The notes: generated by a model from the sequence alone, not told the origin. Counted from the first letter of the stretch, positions 1 to 7,572 are shown. The stretch is DNA of 36,576 bases from a virus (IMGVR_UViG_3300003375_000006:1-36576), one strand, 5' to 3'. Numbers and translations are program-made.

Positions 1-186
1 TCACCAGAAACACTCGCGTTACCAGAAACACTCGCGTTACCAGAAACCCACGCGTTACCAGAAACACTCGCGTTACCAGAAACACTCGCGTCACCAGAAA
101 CCCACGCGTTACCAAAAACCCTCGCGTTACCAGAAACACTCGCGTCACCAGAAACACTCGCGTCACCAGAAACCCACGCGTTACCC
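1..186. repeat. 18-bp tandem repeat array, 10 full units plus a partial unit (unit ttaccagaaacactcgcg, with variants tcacc.., ..cccacgcg, ..ccctcgcg)
   Basis: Direct reading: units start at 1,19,37,...,163, with a partial unit at 181. The array is coding; each unit is 6 codons of the minus-strand ORF. Confidence 0.95.
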
Positions 187-326
187 TCTTGACTTAGGTT
201 TGATTCCTTTTCAATCCATCCACCTAATTCATCTTTACTAACATTACCGAAAGCTACTACCGTTTTTATTTGAAAAAGTGTTCGTCCAAATAATTCTTTT
301 TTTACATCAGTTAAAATGTATTTCAT
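1..326 (-). CDS. Hexapeptide-repeat (GNAxVSG, left-handed beta-helix-like) protein, N-terminal part; runs off the left edge and continues in frame at 36228..36576
   Basis: ATG at 324-326 (minus) gives MKYILTDVKKELFGRTLFQIKTVVAFGNVSKDELGGWIEKESNLSQEGNAWVSGDASVSGDASVSGNARVFGNAWVSG... with no stop before the edge. Absent from the ORF track because it is truncated. The frame closes with the right-end fragment. Confidence 0.7.
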   Translation of the reverse strand, partial: MKYILTDVKKELFGRTLFQIKTVVAFGNVSKDELGGWIEKESNLSQEGNAWVSGDASVSGDASVSGNARVFGNAWVSGDASVSGNASVSGNAWVSGNASVSGNASVSG

Positions 327-382
327 TTGTTTTCTTCTTTATAACCTCGTACGATTTTTGAGGCTGATTTTATAAAATGTCT

Positions 383-706
383 TTATTTTGGATTGGTTAT
401 GCTGGCAGGTCTCATGTTTGCCAATTTTATAATAAAGTCTGCCCTTGCTGATTGATATCCTTCGTCGTATATCTCCTGTTCCTGTTCGTCCGTAGCATAC
501 CCATAATGTTGCATGTTGTCTGGTCTCATTTTGGATAAGAACAATTCTATGTCTTCCCTCTGCTCGGCGAGTGCCTGGGTGATGAAATCTTTATCTACGA
601 TGTAGTGGTCTTCTAAAGTTTCGTGATTACAATATCGACCTGTACATTTGTATTCTTCTATTTCAATCTCCCATTCCTCCTTGTTCGGCTGTGATGGTGT
701 GGTCAT
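383..706 (-). CDS. hypothetical early protein
   Basis: ORF track. Packed head-to-tail with same-strand neighbours. No motif recognised. Confidence 0.6.
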   Translation of the reverse strand: MTTPSQPNKEEWEIEIEEYKCTGRYCNHETLEDHYIVDKDFITQALAEQREDIELFLSKMRPDNMQHYGYATDEQEQEIYDEGYQSARADFIIKLANMRPASITNPK

Positions 707-710
707 ACTC

Positions 711-977
711 TTACTTTCTTATGTAGTAAGACTTCAATCGTGCCAATGCGTCAATAACAAGTCGAACATCTGACTTTGATATGTTCTTCGCCATTCCCTT
801 CATGTTCACGATAAGTGCAGCCAGCCCGTCATCGTCGATGCCTCCTGCTCCCCGTAGTTTCTCCATTGCATCTCCAATTTTTATAAGCGATGCTGCGAGT
901 ATTTCAGGTGTCTCGGGGTTTTCCTCGTTCTTGATTACCTTGATGTTGTTTACTCTTTTTGGTATTTTTGATGACAT
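711..977 (-). CDS. hypothetical early protein
   Basis: ORF track. There is a 4-nt gap to the downstream gene. No motif recognised. Confidence 0.6.
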   Translation of the reverse strand: MSSKIPKRVNNIKVIKNEENPETPEILAASLIKIGDAMEKLRGAGGIDDDGLAALIVNMKGMAKNISKSDVRLVIDALARLKSYYIRK

Positions 978-1001
978 AATTTTTTAGTTAAATGATTAAT
1001 A

Positions 1002-1556
1002 CTATTCCGTTCCGCCATCGGGGGATGGGGAATGCTTACGATACCACCAGATTCTAGGGTCAGTGATGTGAACCCTATCCGTGTTTACCCATTCGTCATC
1101 TTGTTCGTCGTACTCTCCGTTTTTCTTTTCTTCGATTTTGTATCCGTAAATTTCGTAAGGTTTTCCATCTTCCGTTATAAGCGTTATCTCGCCGTCTCCA
1201 TCGTAACTTTTTATGATTGACGGAACTCCAGCGTGATAAACCTTTTTTCCGACTAACTCGCTTTTCCAATTTTCGATATTCACACTAAGCAGTTCAAAGT
1301 GGCATTTCAAATCATAGAGATTTTTCGTGATGAGAGTGAGTGCCATGTCTTCGGTTCTGCAAAACTCCCTATACACGCAATCGCCATTCAATAAAATTCT
1401 GACCGTCCCTCCTTTTCGCCATTCTTTCCCACTTAATTCGCTATCTTTCAAATAGGTCTGCGGGTTGTATTCAAACTTCCAAAGCAGGAAGTGTCCGTCA
1501 AATTCTATTCCGTCCATCTCGTATCTTCCTTTTTCAGCATTATAAGTTGGTTTCAT
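1002..1556 (-). CDS. hypothetical early protein
   Basis: ORF track, 184 aa, tight packing. No motif recognised. Confidence 0.65.
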   Translation of the reverse strand: MKPTYNAEKGRYEMDGIEFDGHFLLWKFEYNPQTYLKDSELSGKEWRKGGTVRILLNGDCVYREFCRTEDMALTLITKNLYDLKCHFELLSVNIENWKSELVGKKVYHAGVPSIIKSYDGDGEITLITEDGKPYEIYGYKIEEKKNGEYDEQDDEWVNTDRVHITDPRIWWYRKHSPSPDGGTE

Positions 1557-1560
1557 ACGC

Positions 1561-1887
1561 CTATTCGACTGTCTCTTCGGGGGCTAAGGGTGTTATTTCG
1601 ACCGTTCTCTTCTCATGGCAAGTGGCACAAATTTCCTTTCGTGCCATCTGCGGATGCAGTTCAAGAACATACTTGCTGTGTTCCTTCTTCCATTGGTGGT
1701 TGCCGTCGTTCAGGCAGTCGGCCTTCTCTGCTGAAAAATCCCAGGAGATTGACGGTGTTACCAGAAACATCTTCTCGCAATTGGGACATACTTCCACCTC
1801 TGGCTCTTCATTGGTGTTGTAAAATGCACCGTCGTCGTGGCACAAGTCATATTCATGTTCGCAATACGGACATTCTATTTCATTCAT
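1561..1887 (-). CDS. Cys-rich zinc-ribbon-like protein (108 aa)
   Basis: Internal start MNEIECPYCEHEY...CPNCEKMF...CATCHEK at 1885-1887. The longer track ORF (to 2022) would overlap the lipoprotein gene, so it is trimmed. CxxC pairs are typical of zinc ribbons. Confidence 0.55.
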   Translation of the reverse strand: MNEIECPYCEHEYDLCHDDGAFYNTNEEPEVEVCPNCEKMFLVTPSISWDFSAEKADCLNDGNHQWKKEHSKYVLELHPQMARKEICATCHEKRTVEITPLAPEETVE

Positions 1888-1961
1888 AATCCTATTCGCC
1901 TTTAACCCTGGCTGGAGGTTCTTGATTGTTAATTGACTTGTTTCTTCTACACTTGGACATA

Positions 1962-2195
1962 CTATTTCTTCTTGACGCAGCTTATCGCAACATCTCCTCC
2001 GACCCCCGTTACCTTGTAGCATATTACTTCGGTATTCTCGTCGTATGTCTTTTCATATGTTTCATGATTCGAACTAAGCGTGTCCGTGACATACCAGGTC
2101 TTGTGGGTAATTGTCTCTGCGAGTGCCGTACATCCAGCAAAGAGTGCGGCTATTATTGCCAGTATCGTGATCGTTCTAAACAGTTGTTCTTTCAT
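1962..2195 (-). CDS. small lipoprotein
   Basis: N-terminus MKEQLFRTITILAIIAALFAGC has a positive n-region, a hydrophobic core and a lipobox-like LFAG|C. Confidence 0.6.
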   Translation of the reverse strand: MKEQLFRTITILAIIAALFAGCTALAETITHKTWYVTDTLSSNHETYEKTYDENTEVICYKVTGVGGDVAISCVKKK

Positions 2196-2203
2196 AAATA
2201 GTT

Positions 2204-2452
2204 TTAGTTAATGGTTAATGTTTCGCAACAATTATCTACCCCGCATTTGTAACGTTCTACATATCCTTTATCTGGTGATTTTACGCAGTTATAAGCGGAT
2301 ACGGAGCGTTCAAAAGCGAAGATGATAACAACAAGAATAACGAGTACGATGAGTACCCATTTGAGGGTTTTCATGCGGTTGCGGTATTTCTTGGACTTAT
2401 AAGATAGACGAGGTTCAAGATCAGGATATAGAAATAGTTGTTTTCGTTTCAT
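2204..2452 (-). CDS. small single-pass membrane protein with a Cys-rich C-terminal tail
   Basis: TM segment LKWVLIVLVILVVIIFAF followed by CVKSPDKGYVERYKCGVDNCC. The start at 2450-2452 forms an ATGA overlap with the upstream stop. The track ORF start at 2476 is an alternative. Confidence 0.5.
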   Translation of the reverse strand: MKRKQLFLYPDLEPRLSYKSKKYRNRMKTLKWVLIVLVILVVIIFAFERSVSAYNCVKSPDKGYVERYKCGVDNCCETLTIN

Positions 2453-2676
2453 TTGATTAATCGGTATTCTTTCCAACTTTTACCTTTTATAAAACGACCC
2501 TCTATTTCAAAACCTTTCTGTTGTAATCCCCAAATACGAGCATGATACTGCGTTATTGGTTTCTGCAATCTAAGAAAGCTCATACCATCTACCCACTTAG
2601 GTTTTGCGTATTTTAGAATACTTAAAACGATTTCTTCTTGTGTGGGATTTTTTATGTAACCGATTTTTTTTACCAT
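2449..2676 (-). CDS. small winged-helix-like DNA-binding protein (tentative)
   Basis: The 75-aa pattern ...QYHARIWGLQQKGFEIEGRFI...WKEYRLIK resembles small phage wHTH proteins (ARI.eLr.kG..I motif). Based on recall only. Confidence 0.4.
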   Translation of the reverse strand: MVKKIGYIKNPTQEEIVLSILKYAKPKWVDGMSFLRLQKPITQYHARIWGLQQKGFEIEGRFIKGKSWKEYRLIK

Positions 2677-3176
2677 GAATTTTGATTTCTATAATCCTGA
2701 TTAATTATCGACTTAATTGCGTTTCCAAGTACACCTTTTGATCCTTTTACTGTTGGAAGTAATTTAGAAAAAATTGTTGTATCTGGGATTCTTCGAAGAG
2801 GATTTTTTTCAAAAAACTCTTTTTGTAATTTTTTTGCTTTTTCCAATGTTGTTTCGTCCGGATATTTACCTGCGAACTGCATGTAAACCATTTTGAAAAA
2901 TGCTAGGTATCCACTTTTTTGATCGGGAGTAAGTGTAAAAAATAATTCCCGTTCTTTTCGGTATTCTGCGCCGTAATCAATTACAGCCTTTTTTACAATT
3001 TCCTGCTTATCAATCCAAATTCCTTTAATATCTGCTTTCGTTCCACTCCAATTTTCAATCGAAACTTTTTGCGTATCTAGTACATTAGGGTTTTCGTAAA
3101 ATTCTTTAAGCATCATCCCTTTTGCATTACTTACCAAAATCGGATCTTTCTCGCCCTTGATTATGATTCTTGCCAT
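2670..3176 (-). CDS. hypothetical early protein
   Basis: ORF track, 168 aa, overlaps or abuts its neighbours. No motif recognised. Confidence 0.65.
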   Translation of the reverse strand: MARIIIKGEKDPILVSNAKGMMLKEFYENPNVLDTQKVSIENWSGTKADIKGIWIDKQEIVKKAVIDYGAEYRKERELFFTLTPDQKSGYLAFFKMVYMQFAGKYPDETTLEKAKKLQKEFFEKNPLRRIPDTTIFSKLLPTVKGSKGVLGNAIKSIINQDYRNQNSW

Positions 3177-3178
3177 AG

Positions 3179-4243
3179 TTAGAAATGTTGAACTTTGTTA
3201 GTAATAATTTCGACTTCTTCGTCTTCCCAGCGTCTTTGGTTTAAGTAGGTTGTTGGATGGGGTATAAATTGCCCGTTATCTCGTTTCCATTGTACTGATT
3301 GAGCTTGGATACCAATTTTATTCAAAATCTTCTCTAAGAGACCATTTTTTGAGTTTGGGAGGGGTTTAATCTTCTTCCAAGACTTCCATGCACCACCCTT
3401 TCCGACTTTTTTAGGATAAGCTTTCCAAAATTCTTCAAATTCACTGGAATAAATATCGTTAATCCCTACGTTAACAATTTTCCATTCACCTTTCGGCATT
3501 TCAGGATCAGGTATAACTTCAATATCGTCAAAAATACTATATGATTTATTATTTAGTATTTCTGATTTAGTATTTATAGTACTATCTGAAATTTCAGATA
3601 GGCTATTTGAAATTTTCATGTTTTCGGAAGAAGTTTTTTCAATATGGCAATCAGTACATAAAACTTGCAAGTTGTCATCTGTTTCAGTTCCACCTAAATG
3701 TAAAGGAATAATGTGATCTATTTCGAATAAAGCATCTTCTGTTCCGCACAAATTACATTTACTACCTAGCATACCAAGTAATCTTGTACGTCTCGTATTG
3801 GTCATTTTTTTTCGTCCATAGGTCCTTTCTCTAACGATTGCCGAATCAATTCTTTTTTGCTCTTCGATTATTCCAAGTTCATTAAGCTTTGAATAGAAGA
3901 AAGATACTATTTCTTTCGGTATCGACATTTCCTCTTTTGCTCTTGCTATGGCATTTTTTTCTCCCTTGTAAAAGGATTCTATAAATCCAGTTCCAGTAAC
4001 ACAAACATATCCATCTTTGAAAAAAGCCATTTTAGATAGTTCAAGATCTTTTTTGCATTTTTGAATTTGATCAATGTTTAATCCAGAAAAAGTAGAAAGT
4101 TGTCGGTCGTTTATTTTATAGAATCTATTTTGTCCTATGTAAGGATTTGTGAGCAAGATGAGGTATAAAAGTTTAGTATCAATGTTCAAAACATATACAT
4201 CATCACTGTCCCAAATTTCTGTGGAAATAACACGTGTTTTCAT
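3179..4243 (-). CDS. replisome-organiser / replication-initiator-like protein with an embedded HNH nuclease domain
   Basis: The N-terminal part (IWDSDDVYVLNIDTKLLYLILLTNPYIGQNRFY...) resembles phage replisome-organiser N-domains. Residues about 163-204, CNLCGTEDALFEIDHIIPLHLGGTETDDNLQVLCTDCHIEKT, are a canonical HNH. The C-terminal FEEFWKAYPKKVGKGGAWKSW...IPHPTTYLNQRRWEDE is a recurrent phage replication-protein motif. Confidence 0.7.
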   Translation of the reverse strand: MKTRVISTEIWDSDDVYVLNIDTKLLYLILLTNPYIGQNRFYKINDRQLSTFSGLNIDQIQKCKKDLELSKMAFFKDGYVCVTGTGFIESFYKGEKNAIARAKEEMSIPKEIVSFFYSKLNELGIIEEQKRIDSAIVRERTYGRKKMTNTRRTRLLGMLGSKCNLCGTEDALFEIDHIIPLHLGGTETDDNLQVLCTDCHIEKTSSENMKISNSLSEISDSTINTKSEILNNKSYSIFDDIEVIPDPEMPKGEWKIVNVGINDIYSSEFEEFWKAYPKKVGKGGAWKSWKKIKPLPNSKNGLLEKILNKIGIQAQSVQWKRDNGQFIPHPTTYLNQRRWEDEEVEIITNKVQHF

Positions 4244-4355
4244 GTTTTATTTTTCCTCTAGTCCTCCTCTTACCCGCTTGTAAGAAAGTAAGAGAAAGGC
4301 TAAAGGATACAAGCTAGTTTTTAACATCAGGTACAAACCTATACCTTACTAGCTA

Positions 4356-4384
4356 AGTATATCAATTAATTTTTTTAGTTGCAA
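4356..4384 (-). promoter_or_regulatory. sigma70-like promoter upstream of the replication gene (TTGCAA-17 bp-TATACT on the minus strand)
   Basis: Minus-strand reading: TTGCAA (4379-4384), a 17-nt spacer, then TATACT (4356-4361). It lies about 110 nt upstream of the ATG at 4243. Confidence 0.4.
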
Positions 4385-4844
4385 TCAACCAATCAATATA
4401 GTTATCAGGACCTCCTTCCAAAACCTTGATTCTATCGCGCCAGTCTTTATAAACATCAGGATTTAAATATTGGACTTCATAACCTTGATCTATCATCCAA
4501 TCCATCACTCGTTCGGTAAATCCGTTGTTTAATTCACCCTTGGTACTTCCTGCGAGTATATGAGATTTTCCGTTGATTGATACTATTTCGGGATTAAATT
4601 CCATTTTCAACCATTCACGAACTTTTTTATTATCATCAGAATCATGATAATCCATCCCTTCTTGATAATAAGTAATTAATGGAATTAATCCTCCTTCAAA
4701 CCATCCCCTTTGATTTTTAGTTTCCCATAATTCAATTGAGTAAATTGCATCAGCATGTTTCAGGGTGTGTTCCAAAAATATCTGTCTCGCTTCGGGAGAT
4801 GGAAATTTCATCCTCCCATTCTCGAATCTCACTCGTGTTTTCAT
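4362..4844 (-). CDS. hypothetical early protein
   Basis: ORF track, 160 aa. No motif recognised. Confidence 0.65.
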   Translation of the reverse strand: MKTRVRFENGRMKFPSPEARQIFLEHTLKHADAIYSIELWETKNQRGWFEGGLIPLITYYQEGMDYHDSDDNKKVREWLKMEFNPEIVSINGKSHILAGSTKGELNNGFTERVMDWMIDQGYEVQYLNPDVYKDWRDRIKVLEGGPDNYIDWLIATKKIN

Positions 4845-4929
4845 AATTAATTTTTGATGTAAACCAAGAATCTAATTGTTCTTTAGTAATAAATCTTTCT
4901 GGCGGTGGAAATGTATTCATAAATAATTT

Positions 4930-5247
4930 TTACTTACCATGTTTTTTCTTTAAAAACTGATAATATTGTTCGTAATCTATTGCTTTTGAATAAAATTTTC
5001 TTTGTGCTTCCGTTGCCCGAGACCACATAATGTAATCACAAAGACTTTTATAATAAACAATATTGTCATGAACTGATTTTGCAAGCGGTAATATTGCAAA
5101 TTCTTCATTGACTTGTCTGGATGCAAAAATTAAATTGTGATGCAATTCAATCTTTTCATCTTTTGCAGTTTTACCTGTAATGCAACATTGTTGGTAAAAC
5201 GGATCAGCAAGCATTTTTTTGAGCAATGGTTTTGGAATTGGTCTCAT
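4930..5247 (-). CDS. small Cys/His protein, possibly a NinG/YbcO-like nuclease-associated protein (tentative)
   Basis: YQQCCITGKTAKDEKIELHHNLIF...ILPLAKSVHDNI resembles small phage Zn-binding recombination/nuclease accessory proteins. Weak and recall-based. Confidence 0.35.
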   Translation of the reverse strand: MRPIPKPLLKKMLADPFYQQCCITGKTAKDEKIELHHNLIFASRQVNEEFAILPLAKSVHDNIVYYKSLCDYIMWSRATEAQRKFYSKAIDYEQYYQFLKKKHGK

Positions 5248-5702
5248 AGTACTTCTTCTTCAAGAACAATATCAATTGGTTCTTCTTCAATAAATTCTTC
5301 AAAGAAATCCTCTTTTTCTTTTTCCACAATTCCATAATTTTCTTGAAGTTCTTTATTAATTTTAAGAATTAACTCTGTTTCGTTAATACCATGATTGGTT
5401 AATTGACACATTCTACACATTCCATCATGTCCGGGAATATTCATTGGTGTAGGTAATCTTGGTTCAGTGTTTATTATTTTATCTTCCAAAACTTTTCTGT
5501 CTCGCAAAAATGATTTCTTTTCTTTTGTAAATCTGTTTGTCTCCACTCGGTAGATACATTCAGCGAGTACTTCATGATAAATAAACTGTTGACCTTTATC
5601 AAAAAGGTAAATTTCGCAACGTCTACACTTTCTTGGTTTTGGAACTATTTCACAATGAACAGAAGTATTTCTTTTTGTTTTAAATTCTTCTTGTTTTTTC
5701 AT
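5244..5702 (-). CDS. Cys-rich hypothetical protein with an acidic C-terminus
   Basis: Start MKKQEEF at 5700-5702, immediately after the upstream stop at 5704. The longer track ORF (to 5783) overlaps the exonuclease gene. CxxC motifs present (CRRCE, CRMCQ). Confidence 0.55.
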   Translation of the reverse strand: MKKQEEFKTKRNTSVHCEIVPKPRKCRRCEIYLFDKGQQFIYHEVLAECIYRVETNRFTKEKKSFLRDRKVLEDKIINTEPRLPTPMNIPGHDGMCRMCQLTNHGINETELILKINKELQENYGIVEKEKEDFFEEFIEEEPIDIVLEEEVL

Positions 5703-5703
5703 A

Positions 5704-6546
5704 TTAGTTGTAAAAAGTGTTAGTTTCGTTGTCCCATTTCTTAAGCGTTTTACAAGCAAGAAATGCTTTATAATCTCGATCAATATTATCCTCGTCTTGA
5801 TCCAAATACTTCACTTCAAATACTTGGTATTCGGGATATGAAAATTCTTTACTTCCTTTTCTGATTCGATTCTGGTTCTTTTCTTTCATTCTATCCAAAT
5901 ATTCCTGTTCAGTTTCTTTTGCAAGACGAATAATGTATCGACCTTCGTATTTTTTACCACTTTCTTCTTCGTCCGCTTTACAATATGCAGCGGTTTGCAT
6001 TGAATAAGTATTGTAAATTGAATTTGAAGTTTTAATATCAATTAAACAAAGTTTACCGTTTACTTTCGCTTCAATGTCCATTTTACCAATGAAATCATGT
6101 TTTTTTGAATAAACAATTCTTTCAGAAGAAATGAATTTTACTTTATTTTGATTAACCCAATCAAGAAAAGCATTTACTCCAATCTGTGCTTCTCGTTGTG
6201 TTGGCATTTCTGGATTTTCTTTGTTAATGTACTTTTCAATCCATCCATGAACTTCATCTCCAATCGTCGCGGCCTTTTCTTTTTTAAGAGTGTGCTGTAT
6301 TGATGCTTCGTAAAAATCTAACTCGGTTAAATTTTCACCTTGATTAGAAATCAATTTTTCTCGTAAGTAATTAACTGCCAAATCTACTGCCCAAGTCATA
6401 AGAGGTGCGCTTTTATCTACAATTCCAATAATTGTAGTAACACCTGTTTTTCGTTTACCATTTACCCAGTACTGATGACTATCAGGAAAAAATTTTACTT
6501 TTACCTTTCCGTCATATAAAGATGTTTCAATGAAATTACTTGCCAT
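5704..6546 (-). CDS. PD-(D/E)XK (RecB/Cas4/lambda-Exo-like) exonuclease
   Basis: N-terminal SHQYWVNGKRKTGVTTII. Core motifs MDIEAK...LIDIKTS (D..D-x-K) and QTAAY (QxxxY). Sits directly downstream of the annealase gene. Confidence 0.7.
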   Translation of the reverse strand: MASNFIETSLYDGKVKVKFFPDSHQYWVNGKRKTGVTTIIGIVDKSAPLMTWAVDLAVNYLREKLISNQGENLTELDFYEASIQHTLKKEKAATIGDEVHGWIEKYINKENPEMPTQREAQIGVNAFLDWVNQNKVKFISSERIVYSKKHDFIGKMDIEAKVNGKLCLIDIKTSNSIYNTYSMQTAAYCKADEEESGKKYEGRYIIRLAKETEQEYLDRMKEKNQNRIRKGSKEFSYPEYQVFEVKYLDQDEDNIDRDYKAFLACKTLKKWDNETNTFYN

Positions 6547-6548
6547 AA

Positions 6549-7268
6549 TTATTTCTTCTTAGTTTCTAATTGATGCGCTCGGCATAATGGTTTTCCAAAC
6601 ATTTTTCGAGAATATTCGGCAACCTGTTGAGTAATAGGCTCACCACATTCGTGGCATTCTCCCATTACTTCTTCGTGTGATTCATTTGCTTTAGGCTGGT
6701 CGGTTGGAGTAATTCCAGTTTCTTGTTTAAACTCATTTTTTCCATAAATATCAGAAGCAATTCCTAAAAGTGAAGCACATTTTTTAAGTGCATCGGTTGT
6801 AGCTGATTTCAAATCGTTTCCAAAATCAACCATGCCACTACCATTTTTTAATAACTTTATATCAGCTCGTCCGAATTGAGACTTGGTAATTGAGTGACCT
6901 GCATCATCTTTTACCGTAAGCTTTCCTTGAACCCACACTTGCCCACCCTCTTTACCATGCTGTATTACTTCAAAGTCCCAATTCCATCCGAAAGTAAAAT
7001 TAAGTATTTTTTCTACATAATTACCTGTTACATAAGAGAATACTTGTCCTCCTTTTCCTGGGCGAGTATAAATACAGTTTGCGGGTGTTTTACCAACTAA
7101 CTTAATGATCTGTCGCTCACTAATCCATGTCTTAGGAATCATGTACTTGCCTCCATCTACAATAGGTGCCTCAATCTGTTTTGTGGTAGGTATTGTTTGA
7201 TTTTCAACTCGCACAACGATTTCATGAGCTACTTTTTTTGCATTCTTTTTGGTTACTTTTTTTGCCAT
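6549..7268 (-). CDS. Rad52/Sak-type single-strand annealing protein with a C-terminal zinc ribbon
   Basis: FSYVTGNYVEKILNFTFGWNWDFEV...VQGKLTV...GNDLKSATTDALKKCASLLGIASDIYG matches the Rad52-family pattern. The C-terminus is CHECGEP...CRAH. Confidence 0.65.
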   Translation of the reverse strand: MAKKVTKKNAKKVAHEIVVRVENQTIPTTKQIEAPIVDGGKYMIPKTWISERQIIKLVGKTPANCIYTRPGKGGQVFSYVTGNYVEKILNFTFGWNWDFEVIQHGKEGGQVWVQGKLTVKDDAGHSITKSQFGRADIKLLKNGSGMVDFGNDLKSATTDALKKCASLLGIASDIYGKNEFKQETGITPTDQPKANESHEEVMGECHECGEPITQQVAEYSRKMFGKPLCRAHQLETKKK

Positions 7269-7277
7269 AAGATTAAA

Positions 7278-7406
7278 TTAAAAATCTTCTAATAATTCCT
7301 CGTCTTCTAGATCTTTCATGAAATCAAAGAAGTCTTCTTCTTCAAAACCATACTGTGCATCTTCTTCAAAGTCACTGATGTTCTCTGGTGAAAATTTGCT
7401 GTTCAT
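7278..7406 (-). CDS. 42-aa highly acidic miniprotein
   Basis: My own translation: MNSKFSPENISDFEEDAQYGFEEEDFFDFMKDLEDEELLEDF*. It fills the gap between the RHH and annealase genes. Below the ORF-track size cut-off. Confidence 0.4.
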   Translation of the reverse strand: MNSKFSPENISDFEEDAQYGFEEEDFFDFMKDLEDEELLEDF

Positions 7407-7416
7407 ATGCTATACT

Positions 7417-7572
7417 TTATTTAAGGTTATTAAATCTAAAATAATCAGTAAGGATTGCCCGTACAAACTCGGCCTCATGTTTGTATCCTGCTTTTTTATA
7501 ACTCTTCTCAACAAGTTTTTTTGTCTTTGGTTCAACTGACCAAAATGTACGTACTAGATTTTCTGTCTTCAT
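7417..7572 (-). CDS. ribbon-helix-helix (CopG/Arc-like) transcriptional regulator, first gene of the leftward early operon
   Basis: My own translation: MKTENLVRTFWSVEPKTKKLVEKSYKKAGYKHEAEFVRAILTDYFRFNNLK*. It shows a beta-strand then two helices, as in RHH proteins. Located directly downstream of the leftward promoter. Confidence 0.5.
   Translation of the reverse strand: MKTENLVRTFWSVEPKTKKLVEKSYKKAGYKHEAEFVRAILTDYFRFNNLK

Noticed and set aside
1-186. Terminal repeat arrays as a CRISPR array, or as physical direct or inverted terminal repeats of the virion DNA
   Set aside because: The units are contiguous with no spacers, and 18 bp is far too short for CRISPR repeats. They are in frame inside an ORF. 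The 60-nt end identity is in repeat phase and is best explained by circular assembly overlap. A genuine short DTR cannot be fully excluded without reads.
1561-2022. 153-aa version of the zinc-ribbon ORF
   Set aside because: The N-terminal 45 codons overlap the lipoprotein gene 1962..2195 in another frame and look like non-coding translation. The internal ATG at 1887 gives a compact gene.
781-2201. Plus-strand track ORFs 781..987, 1032..1220, 1491..1889, 1547..1822 and 1926..2201
   Set aside because: All are antisense to well-packed minus-strand genes. Their composition is low-complexity and rich in F, L, S and I, typical of AT-rich antisense frames.
4845-4920. Short minus-strand ORF starting at 4918-4920 (MNTFPPPERFITKEQLDSWF...)
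   Set aside because: It runs about 85 nt out of frame into the 4362..4844 gene and is under 60 aa. It could be real, but I cannot support it from sequence alone.
5244-5783. 179-aa version of the Cys-rich ORF
   Set aside because: The upstream extension overlaps the 3' end of the exonuclease gene. The ATG at 5702 sits just 1 nt (position 5703) downstream of that gene's stop codon (5704-5706).
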